Shown: positions 20,350 to 31,300 of the stretch, piece after piece
Numbering within the stretch: position 1 is the first letter of the stretch
Layout: every line of letters begins with the position of its first letter
Origin: Bacteroidota bacterium
GTDB lineage: Bacteria > Bacteroidota > Ignavibacteria > Ignavibacteriales > Melioribacteraceae
Length of the DNA stretch: 64,000 nt
Reading direction: 5' to 3'
Assembly (NCBI GenBank): GCA_021801605.1
Contig: JAJYXU010000096.1
Coordinates: 12,290 to 76,289, forward strand
Translations under genes and position numbers: made by a program
The notes under the pieces: generated by a model
The model's database searches: none
Seen by the model: the letters and a program-made list of their open reading frames with translations, nothing else
Told to the model about the DNA's origin: nothing

Positions 20350-20740
20350 TCTGCTAAATTCTGTTATACATGAAACAGAACTAGCATTAAAAAATCGGTT
20401 ATGGTTTTTCTGATAAGACCACTAAGACCACGAAATTTAATTTCACTGCCAAAATCTATCTTGAAGTCATTTTCTCTAAAATTTGGATTTTTCAGCGATC
20501 TGCAAAAAATTAGATCCCTTTTTTAATTACAGTATCTTCGATTTAACTTTCCAGAGTTGGATGGAGAAAAACGATTTTTCTGACTATTATTATTCGAAAG
20601 GTATTTTTACTGAAATAAATTATATCTTAGATAAAAACTTTATGATAGAAGATAGTTTTACCAAACATAATGATACAAGCGCAGGAATTGTGAGGCATTA
20701 GGTCAGTTTTAGGTTTCAAATTAATTCATAATAACTTTTC

Positions 20741-20771
20741 TTGCTTTTTTATTTACTCCGTTCTATATTTG
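20741..20771 (+). promoter_or_regulatory. Promoter of the tRNA-rpmG-secE-nusG operon
   Basis: TTGCTT-N17-TATATT(TG) about 36 nt upstream of tRNA-Tyr. Confidence 0.65.
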
Positions 20772-20807
20772 AAGCTCGATTTTTGATTTAGTGGGTGAAA
20801 TTTGTCT

Positions 20808-20891
20808 GGGCGGACGCCGGAGTTGGAGAGCCGGGGCGGACTGTAAATCCGTTGGCTAAAGCCTTTGGGGGTTCGAATCCCTCGCCGCCCA
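20808..20891 (+). tRNA. tRNA-Tyr(GTA)
   Basis: Anticodon arm GCGGA-ctGTAaa-TCCGT, long variable arm, T arm GGGGG-TTCGAAT-CCCTC, discriminator A. Confidence 0.95.
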
Positions 20892-21021
20892 CTAAAAACG
20901 AATTGATGAAGTAGAGTATCACCAAACATATTCACACTTCGCCGGTTCATTCTGGGAATAAAAAAAATAAAATTTAAGGTAGAAGAGATCTGTTGCTATT
21001 TTTTTGTCCTTTTTTGAAAAT

Positions 21022-21095
21022 GCGGGAGTAACTCAGTTGGCTAGAGTCACAGCCTTCCAAGCTGTTGGTCGCGGGTTCGAGTCCCGTCTCCCGCT
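21022..21095 (+). tRNA. tRNA-Gly(TCC)
   Basis: Acceptor GCGGGAG/CTCCCGC, anticodon arm ACAGC-ctTCCaa-GCTGT, TTCGA loop. Confidence 0.97.
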
Positions 21096-21101
21096 CTGAC
21101 T

Positions 21102-21174
<73 letters not shown>

Positions 21175-21223
21175 CAAAGTCGAAAATTTTATTGTAAAAG
21201 TTTTATTAGAGGAATTAAGTAAG

Positions 21224-21391
21224 ATGGCAAAATCTAAAAACGTAAGACAAATAATTATCTTAGAAAGCAGTGCGAATACCGGCTTCCGTTATTCAACAAA
21301 AAAGAATAAAAGAGAGCATCCAAATAGAGTTGAATATAAAAAATACGATCCTGTTGTTCGTAAGCACGTAGTATTTAAAGAAACTAAATAA
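21224..21391 (+). CDS. rpmG: 50S ribosomal protein L33 (Cys-free form)
   Basis: Manual translation [55 protein letters not shown] (55 aa, below ORF-track cutoff). Confidence 0.96.
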   Translation: MAKSKNVRQIIILESSANTGFRYSTKKNKREHPNRVEYKKYDPVVRKHVVFKETK

Positions 21392-21392
21392 T

Positions 21393-21465
21393 ACGTCAGT
21401 GGCTCAATTGGTAGAGCAGCGGTCTCCAAAACCGCAGGTTGGGGGTTCGAGTCCCTCCTGACGTG
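21393..21465 (+). tRNA. tRNA-Trp(CCA)
   Basis: Acceptor ACGTCAG/CTGACGT, anticodon arm GCGGT-ctCCAaa-ACCGC; precedes secE. Confidence 0.97.
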
Positions 21466-21491
21466 CGAGAATTAAAAACTGGTAAAATTTT

Positions 21492-21674
21492 ATGAAAGAA
21501 AAAATAATCAACTTCGTTAATGACGTAGTAAAGGAAATGAAAAAAGTTACATGGCCTACACGTGAGGAATTAAAAGAATCTACTTCAGTCGTGATTGTGG
21601 TATGCTTGGTTCTGTCTGCATTCACTTATATAGTAGACATGGCAGTTAATAAAATATTACAAGGAATTTTTTAG
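21492..21674 (+). CDS. secE: Preprotein translocase subunit SecE
   Basis: EMKKVTWPTREEL plus single TM. Confidence 0.96.
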   Translation: MKEKIINFVNDVVKEMKKVTWPTREELKESTSVVIVVCLVLSAFTYIVDMAVNKILQGIF

Positions 21675-21676
21675 GA

Positions 21677-22222
21677 TTGGAAAACGAAAAAGCAAAATGG
21701 TACGTCGTTAGAACTTTCTCCGGACATGAGAACAAAGTAAAGACTTTGATTGATGCTGAATTAAAAGACAGTGAAGAATTACGCGCAAGAATTTTTGACG
21801 TGCTTGTTCCAACTGAAAAAGTTTTTGAAGTTAAAGACGGGAAAAAGAAAACCAAGAAGAAAAATTTTTTCCCCGGTTATATCCTAGTGTGTGCTGACTT
21901 AGATATTCAAGTTAAAGATTTTATTATTAATACTCCTTCTGTGATGGGTTTTCTTGGATCTGCAAATCATCCTGCTCCTCTGCTTCCAGAAGAAGTAAAA
22001 AGGATTGTAGGAAGACTTTCGCAAACAGAAGAAACAGAAAGAACGGAAACAATTTTTAGAACCGGCGACTTTGTAAAAATTACAGATGGGCCATTCAATA
22101 ATTTTTCAGGTTTCATTCAAGAAGTAAACGAAGAGAAAATGAAAATTAAAGTTATGGTTTCAATTTTTGGAAGAAAGACTCCGGTTGAAATTGATTTTGC
22201 ACAAGCTGAGTTTGAAAAATAA
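21677..22222 (+). CDS. nusG: Transcription termination/antitermination factor NusG
   Basis: WYVV..SGHE, FPGYI, KOW DGPF..F, IFGRKTPVE. Confidence 0.97.
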   Translation: MENEKAKWYVVRTFSGHENKVKTLIDAELKDSEELRARIFDVLVPTEKVFEVKDGKKKTKKKNFFPGYILVCADLDIQVKDFIINTPSVMGFLGSANHPAPLLPEEVKRIVGRLSQTEETERTETIFRTGDFVKITDGPFNNFSGFIQEVNEEKMKIKVMVSIFGRKTPVEIDFAQAEFEK

Positions 22223-22241
22223 AAATTAGATAGGTTAAACA

Positions 22242-22667
22242 ATGGCAAAGAAAATTGATGGTTTCATTAAATTACAAATTCCTGCCGGAGCTGCAAATCC
22301 TTCTCCACCTGTTGGTCCAGCTTTAGGTCAGAAAGGCGTTAACATTATGGAATTTTGTAAGCAGTTTAATGCAAGGACTTCTGCGCAGCAGGGATTAATT
22401 ATACCTGTTGTTATCACAGTTTATTCTGATAAATCTTTTACATTCATTACAAAAACCCCGCCTGCCGCAGTATTATTGAAAAAAGCTGCAAAGGTTGAAA
22501 AAGGTTCTGCTGAACCGAATAAAACTAAAGTTGCAAAAGTAACCAGTTCTCAAGTTCGAGAGATTGCAACATTGAAAATGCCCGACTTAAATGCTCACGA
22601 TGTTGACCATGCAATGAGTATGGTTGCAGGAACGGCACGAAGTATGGGTTTCACTGTTGAAGACTAA
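22242..22667 (+). CDS. rplK: 50S ribosomal protein L11
   Basis: [20 protein letters not shown]. Confidence 0.98.
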   Translation: MAKKIDGFIKLQIPAGAANPSPPVGPALGQKGVNIMEFCKQFNARTSAQQGLIIPVVITVYSDKSFTFITKTPPAAVLLKKAAKVEKGSAEPNKTKVAKVTSSQVREIATLKMPDLNAHDVDHAMSMVAGTARSMGFTVED

Positions 22668-22699
22668 TTTTATAAAAATAATTTTTCATCGGAATTAAA

Positions 22700-23407
22700 A
22701 TGAAAGTTTCCAAAAGAATTAAAGCAATCAATAAAAACATTGATAAAGAAAAAGAATACTCTGTTGAAGAAGCAATTAAACTTCTTAAAGATAATTCAAA
22801 AGTGAAATTCACAGAGACTCTTAACTGTGCAATTCGTCTTGGCGTAGATCCACGTCACGCCGATCAGATGGTAAGAGGAACTGTATCTCTTCCGCATGGA
22901 ACAGGAAAAAAAGTTTCTGTTCTTGTAATTGCTCGCGGTGCTCAAGCTGAAGAAGCTCTTAAAGCAGGTGCAGACTATGCAGGCTTTGAAGAATATCTAG
23001 AAAAAATAAAAAGCGGCTGGGCTGAGGTTGATGTTATTATTGCTACTCCAGATTCAATGGGTGAGCTTGGTAAACTTGGTCGTGTTCTTGGTCCAAAAGG
23101 TTTAATGCCTAATCCTAAGAGCGGTACTGTTACTCAAGATGTTGCAAAAGCGGTGAATGAAGTTAAAGCCGGAAAGATTGAATTCAGAGTTGAGAAAGCG
23201 GGAATTGTTCATACCGCTTTAGGTAAGCTAGATTTTTCTGTTGAACAATTATCTGAAAATACACGTGCTTTTCTTAAAACAATTGTTAAAATGAAACCAT
23301 CATCTGCAAAAGGCCATTATGTTAAAAGTCTTTTCCTCTCTTCTACTATGGGTCCTGGTTTAAGAATTACAAAAGAAGAAACAGCAGTTTCCACTAAACA
23401 CGAATAA
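22700..23407 (+). CDS. rplA: 50S ribosomal protein L1
   Basis: LGVDPRHADQMVRG, LGPKGLMPNPKSGTV, STMGPG. Confidence 0.98.
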   Translation: MKVSKRIKAINKNIDKEKEYSVEEAIKLLKDNSKVKFTETLNCAIRLGVDPRHADQMVRGTVSLPHGTGKKVSVLVIARGAQAEEALKAGADYAGFEEYLEKIKSGWAEVDVIIATPDSMGELGKLGRVLGPKGLMPNPKSGTVTQDVAKAVNEVKAGKIEFRVEKAGIVHTALGKLDFSVEQLSENTRAFLKTIVKMKPSSAKGHYVKSLFLSSTMGPGLRITKEETAVSTKHE

Positions 23408-23492
23408 AAATTTTACGCACTCGCCCGGCTTTAGCCAGGTAAATAATGCTTCTACATTAATTAGTGTGTTGTTATAACTGAATGGGAGTACG

Positions 23493-24014
23493 ATGAAAAA
23501 AGAAGAAAAAGGAGAGATGATTGAGCAGATAAAAGAGCTTATCAAGAAATCTCCCTCCATGTTTCTTGTTGATTACCGCGGCGTAAACGTTGCAGATATT
23601 AATAAGATACGTTCTGACTTCAGAAAGGAAGGAGTTACTTATAAGGTCTTTAAAAATACTCTCTTCAAAAAAGCTCTTGAGCAATCGGGTGGATTCGAAA
23701 AATTTAATCCGCAACTTATAGGAATGATTGGTATTGCTTTTACCGGAGAAAATTTTGTTTCGGCTGCAAAGGTCATCAAAAAATACTTCGATGAAAAACA
23801 AAAACTTTCCTTTAAGGGCTGTTACATCGATTCTGCCTATTACGGAGCAGATCAATTAAATACAATTGCATCCATGCCTACAAAAGATGAAATCATGGCT
23901 GGTATTGTTGGAAGTATTGCAGCACCTGCAAGTGGAATTGTTGGCGCTATCAATGCAGTTATCAGAGATCTTGTTAGTGTTATCGATGAGGTTGGTAAAA
24001 AGAAAGCTGCATAA
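23493..24014 (+). CDS. rplJ: 50S ribosomal protein L10
   Basis: DYRG, KNTL, MPTKDE; between rplA and rplL. Confidence 0.95.
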   Translation: MKKEEKGEMIEQIKELIKKSPSMFLVDYRGVNVADINKIRSDFRKEGVTYKVFKNTLFKKALEQSGGFEKFNPQLIGMIGIAFTGENFVSAAKVIKKYFDEKQKLSFKGCYIDSAYYGADQLNTIASMPTKDEIMAGIVGSIAAPASGIVGAINAVIRDLVSVIDEVGKKKAA

Positions 24015-24061
24015 ATAAAATTTGAATTGAACAATTAATTATTAGTTATAGGAGAAATAAA

Positions 24062-24436
24062 ATGTCAGAGAAAATTGCAGAGATAGTAGAGAAGATTAAA
24101 GCTCTCACGCTCGTTGAAGCATCAGAATTAAAGAAAGCATTAGAAGAAGAATTTGGAGTAACAGCGGCAGCACCAATGATGATGGCTGGCGCGGCTGCAC
24201 CTGCTGCTGCTGCAGTTGAAGAAAAAACAGAATTCGATGTTGTCCTTGAAGCTGCAGGCGCAACAAAAATTAACGTTATTAAAGTTGTTCGTGCACATAC
24301 CGGTCTTGGTTTGAAAGAAGCAAAAGACTTAGTTGACGGCGCTCCTAAGACAGTTAAAGAAGCAATCTCTAAAGACGAAGCAGAAAAAATTAAAAAAGAA
24401 TTAGAAGAAGCTGGCGCAACTGTTAAAGTAAAATAA
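24062..24436 (+). CDS. rplL: 50S ribosomal protein L7/L12
   Basis: [28 protein letters not shown]. Confidence 0.98.
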   Translation: MSEKIAEIVEKIKALTLVEASELKKALEEEFGVTAAAPMMMAGAAAPAAAAVEEKTEFDVVLEAAGATKINVIKVVRAHTGLGLKEAKDLVDGAPKTVKEAISKDEAEKIKKELEEAGATVKVK

Positions 24437-24470
24437 GCTGGTTCAATTCCCTTCATTCTATATATAATTG

Positions 24471-24514
24471 AAGTGGTAAGATGGTAAAATCCGTCTTACC
24501 ACTTTCTTGCATTT
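24471..24514 (+). terminator. rplL-rpoB intergenic terminator/attenuator hairpin
   Basis: AAGTGGTAAGATGG-taaaat-CCGTCTTACCACTT 14-bp stem followed by T-rich sequence. Confidence 0.7.
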
Positions 24515-24559
24515 TTTGATGTAAGAAAAAACTGACAAAAACCACATTGGAGGTTAGGG

Positions 24560-27500
24560 TTGGAAAAACAAAAAATTAACAAAAGCACAGGTAGAATTAC
24601 CTTTGCTTCTATTTCTCAATCGGTAAAAGTTCCGGATCTTTTGAACATTCAATTGGATTCTTTTGAAGAATTTATTCAGTTGAAAGTTACACCGTCGCAG
24701 AGAGAGAATAAAGGCTTACACGCGGTATTCAATACCAACTTCCCAATCCTTGATAACAAAGAATTTTACAGATTAGATTTTATTGAATACTATATTGAAA
24801 AACCAAGATTCTCTATGGCTGAATGCGAAGAGAGAGGACTTACTTATTCCGCTCCGCTGAAAGCAAAACTTCGTCTTTCTACAAAAGATGATGAGACAGG
24901 CGAATACGTAAACTCTGTTGAACAGGAAGTATATCTTGGCAATCTTCCTTTTATGACTGGACGCGGTACATTTATAATTAACGGAGCCGAAAGAGTAATC
25001 GTAAGTCAGTTGCACCGTTCGCCTGGTGTTGCATTTGCACAAACATTGCATCCAAATGGAACGCCAATTTATTCTGCCCGAATTATTCCTTTCAGAGGTT
25101 CATGGGTAGAATTTGCAACCGACATTAATAACATTCTCTATGTTTACATAGATAGAAGAAAGAAATTTCCGTCAACAACTTTGTTGAGAGCTCTCGGTTA
25201 CGAAACCGATGAACAGATTTTAAATTTATTTGATTTGATTGAAGAGATCACAGCGAAACAACTGAACGTTGATAAACACACCGGAAGAGTTGCCGCAAGC
25301 GACATTATTGATACTGCAACCGGTGAAATTTATGCAACTAAAGATACCGAACTTACAGAAGAAATCATTCTTAACATTAAAAAATCTGCTTTAACAAAAG
25401 TTCAGCTTCTCAGTATCGATACTTCTTTCGAGCAAGATCTTATAGTTAATACTTTGAAGAAAGATACATCAACAAATAAAGAAGAAGCTCTCTATGCAAT
25501 TTACCGTCAACTGCGTTCCGGCGAAGCACCGGATGTAGATACAGCAGTTAGCTTGATTGATAAATTGTTCTTCAATGAAAAACGCTATGATCTTGGTGAT
25601 GTCGGTCGTTTTAGAATGAACGATCGTTTGAATCTGAATGTGCCTGATAACATAAAAGTTCTTACAGTTGAAGACATAGTTGCAATTATAAAAAATATCG
25701 TCAAGCTAAAAAACGGAAATGTTGCCGTTGATGATATTGACCATCTTGGTAACAGAAGAGTTCGTACGGTTGGCGAGCAATTGCAGCAACAATATAATGT
25801 TGGTTTGGCTAGAATGTCGCGTACAATAAAAGAAAGAATGAATATGCGCGATAACGAAAACATGCAGCCCCAAGATTTAGTTAATGCAAGAACCATTAGC
25901 AGTGTAATCAATGCATTTTTCGGAACCAACCAGCTTTCTCAATTTATGGATCAGACAAATCCGCTTTCAGAACTTACGCACAAGAGAAGAATTTCTGCGT
26001 TGGGACCGGGCGGTTTAACACGCGAACGCGCAGGATTTGAAGTTCGCGATGTGCATCATTCACATTATGGTCGGTTATGTCCAATCGAAACACCGGAAGG
26101 TCCAAACATTGGTCTAATCTCTTCGCTTACAATTTATGCACGTGTTAATCACTACGGATTTTTAGAAACACCATATAGAAAAGTTAAAGATGGAAGAGTT
26201 ACAAACAGCATAGATTTCTTAAGTGCCGATCAAGAAGATGAATTTATTATTGCACAAGCAAACGCTCCTATAGATGAACAAGGAAAATTTTTAACTGAAA
26301 GAATTAAAAGCCGTGAGCGCGGAGAGTTTCCGATTGTACCGGCAAGTGCACTTCATTATATGGATGTTGCACCAGCACAAATTGTATCTGCAGCCGCTGC
26401 GTTAATCCCATTTCTGGAACATGATGATGCTAACAGAGCTTTGATGGGTTCAAACATGCAGCGTCAAGCAGTACCTCTTTTAGTTCCGCAAAATCCTATT
26501 GTTGGAACCGGCATGGAAGCTAAAATTGCGCGCGATTCCCGCTCTGTAATTATTGCTGAAGATAACGGAATTGTGGAATACGCAGATTCTAAAAAAATAA
26601 TTGTTAAGTATGATGTTGATGAAAACGCTCCGGAAACTTTAGTCAGCTTCGACGACGAAAGAAGAGTTGAACATATTCTCACAAAATTCTCCGGAACAAA
26701 TCAAGAAACATGTTTCAATCAAAAACCGATTGTTGTTACAGGACAGAAACTTAAGAAAGGCGATATTCTTGCCGATGGTCCTGGAATTGAAAAAGGCGAA
26801 CTTGCACTTGGACGTAACGTTTCGGTCGCATTCATGCCGTGGCGCGGTTACAATTTTGAGGATGCAATTGTTCTTAGTGAACGTCTTGTTGCCGATGATG
26901 TGTTTACTTCAATCCATATAGAAGAATTTGAATTGCAAGTTCGTGAAACAAAACGCGGTGAAGAAGAACTTACACGCGATATTCCCAATGTTAGCGAAGA
27001 AGCAACTAAAGATCTTGATGAACATGGAATTGTTCGTGAAGGCGCTGAAGTTAAAGAAGGCGATATTCTAATTGGAAAGATTACACCTAAAGGCGAGACC
27101 GATCCTACTCCGGAAGAAAAATTATTGAAAGCAATCTTTGGAGACAAAGCCGGCGATGTAAAAGATGCATCACTTAAAGCGCCTCCTGGTTTGAAAGGAA
27201 TTGTAATTAGGACGAGATTGTTCAGCCGTAAAAAGAAAGATGTTGAATCAAAAAAACTAGAAAAGAAATTGCTGGATAATCTTGAAGTAGAATACAAGAA
27301 ACGGAAAGAGAATCATTACAATAAACTTATTACTAAATTAACACAAATTACCGAAGGTAAAACAACATCTGGAATTCGTGATTTAGATGGAAGCGTTGTC
27401 TTAAGAAGCGGTGCAACTATTAAAGAAGATACCTTTTCTAATCTTGAAGATGTTACAAAGTTAGATTACACAAAGGAGTGGTTTGAAAGAAAAGCTCCAA

Positions 27501-28339
27501 ACGAACTTATCAAACAACTTTTTACAAATTATTTTCCTCTTCTTGCAGAAATAGAAGAAGATTATAAACGAGATAAATTAAAAATTCAGAGTGGAGATGA
27601 ATTACCGCCGGGAATCACTCAGCTTGCCAAAGTTTATGTTGCCAAGAAAAGAAAAGTTTCTGTCGGTGATAAAATGGCAGGTCGTCATGGTAACAAAGGT
27701 GTTGTTGCAAAAGTTGTTCCTGTTGAAGACATGCCGCTTCATGAAGATGGAACCCCGGTTGATATTGTCCTTAATCCGCTTGGTGTGCCATCACGTATGA
27801 ATTTAGGTCAGTTATACGAAACAGCTCTTGGATGGGTTGGAAAAAAACTCGGCGTTAAATTCGAAACACCAATTTTTGACAGTGCGCAAGTATCCGAAGT
27901 TGAGGGCTGGTTAAAGCAAGCCGGACTTGATGAGGGAAGTAAAACTTGGCTATACGATGGAAGAAGCGGTGAAAGATTCCATCAGAAAGTTACTTGTGGC
28001 TACATCTATATGATGAAACTGGGTCACATGGTTGACGATAAGATTCATGCCCGTTCAATTGGACCATACTCGCTTATTACACAGCAACCTCTCGGCGGTA
28101 AAGCTCAGTTTGGCGGACAGAGATTTGGAGAAATGGAAGTTTGGGCTTTGGAAGGTTATGGCGCTGCACATATTCTTCAAGAAGTATTAACTGTGAAGAG
28201 TGATGATGTTCAAGGCAGAGCTAAGACCTATGAAGCAATTGTAAAAGGCGAGAATATACCTACACCAAATATTCCCGAAGCTTTTAATGTTCTTATTAAA
28301 GAGCTTCAAGGTCTCGCTCTCGATATTAAAATTAAATAA
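24560..28339 (+). CDS. rpoB: RNA polymerase beta subunit
   Basis: GDKMAGRHGNKG, GGQRFGEMEVWALE; TTG start with SD GGAGGT. Confidence 0.99.
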   Translation: MEKQKINKSTGRITFASISQSVKVPDLLNIQLDSFEEFIQLKVTPSQRENKGLHAVFNTNFPILDNKEFYRLDFIEYYIEKPRFSMAECEERGLTYSAPLKAKLRLSTKDDETGEYVNSVEQEVYLGNLPFMTGRGTFIINGAERVIVSQLHRSPGVAFAQTLHPNGTPIYSARIIPFRGSWVEFATDINNILYVYIDRRKKFPSTTLLRALGYETDEQILNLFDLIEEITAKQLNVDKHTGRVAASDIIDTATGEIYATKDTELTEEIILNIKKSALTKVQLLSIDTSFEQDLIVNTLKKDTSTNKEEALYAIYRQLRSGEAPDVDTAVSLIDKLFFNEKRYDLGDVGRFRMNDRLNLNVPDNIKVLTVEDIVAIIKNIVKLKNGNVAVDDIDHLGNRRVRTVGEQLQQQYNVGLARMSRTIKERMNMRDNENMQPQDLVNARTISSVINAFFGTNQLSQFMDQTNPLSELTHKRRISALGPGGLTRERAGFEVRDVHHSHYGRLCPIETPEGPNIGLISSLTIYARVNHYGFLETPYRKVKDGRVTNSIDFLSADQEDEFIIAQANAPIDEQGKFLTERIKSRERGEFPIVPASALHYMDVAPAQIVSAAAALIPFLEHDDANRALMGSNMQRQAVPLLVPQNPIVGTGMEAKIARDSRSVIIAEDNGIVEYADSKKIIVKYDVDENAPETLVSFDDERRVEHILTKFSGTNQETCFNQKPIVVTGQKLKKGDILADGPGIEKGELALGRNVSVAFMPWRGYNFEDAIVLSERLVADDVFTSIHIEEFELQVRETKRGEEELTRDIPNVSEEATKDLDEHGIVREGAEVKEGDILIGKITPKGETDPTPEEKLLKAIFGDKAGDVKDASLKAPPGLKGIVIRTRLFSRKKKDVESKKLEKKLLDNLEVEYKKRKENHYNKLITKLTQITEGKTTSGIRDLDGSVVLRSGATIKEDTFSNLEDVTKLDYTKEWFERKAPNELIKQLFTNYFPLLAEIEEDYKRDKLKIQSGDELPPGITQLAKVYVAKKRKVSVGDKMAGRHGNKGVVAKVVPVEDMPLHEDGTPVDIVLNPLGVPSRMNLGQLYETALGWVGKKLGVKFETPIFDSAQVSEVEGWLKQAGLDEGSKTWLYDGRSGERFHQKVTCGYIYMMKLGHMVDDKIHARSIGPYSLITQQPLGGKAQFGGQRFGEMEVWALEGYGAAHILQEVLTVKSDDVQGRAKTYEAIVKGENIPTPNIPEAFNVLIKELQGLALDIKIK

Positions 28340-28371
28340 TCAACCAAGAGTTTGGCTAAAGGAGTATAACA

Positions 28372-31300
28372 ATGCGATTTAAACCGCAAGAAAATAAAAT
28401 CAAATTGATTGAAAGTCTTACAATTGGCTTGGCTAGTCCTGATGATATTCTATCCCGCTCTCACGGCGAGGTAACCAAACCAGAAACAATCAACTACCGT
28501 TCATTCCGTCCGGAAAAAGATGGATTGTTCTGCGAGAAAATTTTTGGGCCTGTTAAAGATTGGGAATGCGCATGCGGTAAATACAAAGGCATTCGCTATA
28601 AAGGAATTGTATGTGACAGATGCGGTGTTGAAGTTACTTTGAAAAGTGTGCGTCGTGAAAGAATGGGACACATTCAACTTGCAGTTCCTGTTGTTCATAT
28701 TTGGTTTTTCAAAGCGTTGCCCTCTAAAATTGGTAACATTATTGGAATGACAACTAAAGAACTTGAAAAAGTTATCTACTATGAATCTTATGTTGTTATC
28801 AATCCGGGGCCAACGGGATTAAATAAAAAAGATTTGATTTCGGAAGATCAGTATTATGAAATCATGGGTTCTCTTCCACACGAAAACGATTCGCTTGAAG
28901 ATGAAGATCCGAAAAAATTTGTTGCAAGAATTGGCGGCGATGCAATAAAACATTTATTGAAAAAAATTGATATCGAATTTACATTCCTTGATTTAAAATC
29001 TCAGCTTGGTCCCGATATATCTCAACAAAAACGTGCCGAGCTTCTTAAGAGATTAAGAGTTTATGAAGCATTCCGTGAATACGAAGGAAAAGTGCCTAAC
29101 AAACCTGAATGGATGGTTCTTAATGTTGTGCCGGTTATTCCGCCGGAACTTCGTCCTCTCGTTCCACTTGAAGGTGGAAGATTTGCAACATCGGATTTGA
29201 ATGATCTTTATAGAAGAGTGATCATTCGTAATAATAGATTAAAAAGATTAATTGATATAAAAGCTCCGGAAGTAATTCTTCGTAACGAAAAAAGGATGCT
29301 TCAAGAAGCTGTTGATGCCTTATTTGATAATTCACGCCGCGCAAGTGCGGTTCGCAGCGATGGTAATAGACCGTTGAAATCTCTCAGCGATATGTTAAAA
29401 GGTAAACAAGGACGTTTCCGTCAGAACTTGCTCGGAAAACGTGTTGATTATTCCGGTCGTTCGGTAATTGTTGTTGGTCCGGAATTGAAATTACATCAGT
29501 GCGGTTTGCCGAAAGATATGGCTGTTGAATTGTTCAAACCGTTCATCATTCGCAAACTAATTGAACGAGGGCATTTTAAAACTGTAAAAAGCGCACGCAA
29601 AGCTGTTGATAGAAAAGATGCAATGATTTGGGATATTCTGGAAAAATTGATTGACGGTCATCCGGTTATGTTAAACCGTGCGCCTACATTGCACCGTCTT
29701 GGTATTCAAGCATTTCAACCAATATTAATTGATGGAAAAGCAATTCAATTACATCCGTTAGTGTGTACCGCTTTCAACGCAGATTTCGACGGCGATCAGA
29801 TGGCTGTTCACGTTCCGTTATCTTATGAAGCTCAACTTGAAGCATCTGTTTTAATGTTAAGCAGCCATAACATTCTTTCTCCTCAGAATGGTTTGCCAAT
29901 TGTTCTTCCGTCACAGGATATTGTTCTTGGTCTTTACTATCTCACAAAATTGAGACCTGGTGCAAAAGGAGAAGGTAAAATTTTTAGTGATGTTGCTGAA
30001 GTTCTAATCGCATACAATTCTAAAGCTGTAGATCTCCATGCTAAGATAAAAGTCAGAATTGATTCACAGATGATTGAGACTACTGTTGGTCGCGTTATTT
30101 TCAATGAAATCGTTCCTAAAGAGATGGGCTATATTAATGAACTGCTCGTTAAAAAAAGTTTCTCTGGATTCATTTACAAAATGTTTATTAAGATCGGAAA
30201 TGAAAAAACCGCAATCTTCCTGGATGATTTAAAAGAATTAGGTTATAGATACGCAACCGCTGCTGGTATTTCGATCAGCTTCAGCGATATGATTGTTCCG
30301 GATGAAAAAGTAAAATTAATTGATGATTCGAATAAAAAAGTTTCAGGAATTCTGAATGAGCACGAACAAGGTTTGATTACTGATGCCGAACGTTATAATA
30401 AGATTGTTGACGTTTGGACTCATACAACAAATAACGTTGCAAAGTCATTGATGGATAGAATTAAAACCGATCAAGGTGGTTTTAACTCTCTTCACATGAT
30501 GGTTGACTCCGGTGCAAGAGGTTCGCAGGATCAGGTTCGTCAGCTTGCAGGTATGCGTGGCTTGATGATGAAACCACAAAAGAGCTTAACAGGTCAATCT
30601 GGTGAAATTATTGAAAACCCAATCGTGGCAAATTTTAAAGAAGGATTATCGGTATTAGAATATTTCATATCAACACACGGTGCACGTAAAGGTCTTGCAG
30701 ATACTGCTTTGAAAACTGCCGATGCCGGTTATCTCACCCGCCGTTTGTGCGATGTTGCTCAAGACGTAATTATCACCGAGCTTGATTGCGAAACAATTCG
30801 TGGTGTTTACATTTCTGCTTTGAAAGATGTAGAACTCGAAAGAGAACCTTTGGCTGAAAGAATCACCGGTCGTGTTGCACAAGAAGATGTTTACGATCCT
30901 CGCACAGATGATTTGTTGATTGAAGCCGGCGACGTTATAACAGAAGAGATTGCAGAAAAAATTGACGAAGCTAATATTGATCAAGTTTACATCCGTACAG
31001 TTTTAACTTGTGAAGCAAAGCGTGGTGTATGTGCAAAATGTTACGGTCGTAATCTAACAACAGGTCAGTTAGTTGAAAATGGAGAAGCAGTTGGAATTAT
31101 TGCTGCTCAATCTATTGGTGAACCTGGAACTCAGTTAACTTTACGTACATTCCACTTGGGCGGAACTTCTTCGCGTATCGCAAGTCAATCTCAAGTTGAA
31201 GCAAACGTTAACGGAATAATTAAATTAGATAGAGTAACATTTGTAGAGAAAACTGATTTCTTTGGTAAAGTTAAAGTTGTAATTGGTCGCCGTGGTTCAA

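Noticed and set aside
20483..20701. 72-aa plus-strand ORF, possibly a decayed gene
   Set aside because: TTG start without SD and no recognisable motif; cannot support a call
15745..20800. tRNA-integrated prophage or ICE
   Set aside because: Patch is on the 5' side of the tRNAs, with no integrase, att duplication or phage genes
20753..20950. 65-aa minus ORF (also 21404-21625)
   Set aside because: Antisense to tRNA genes and secE
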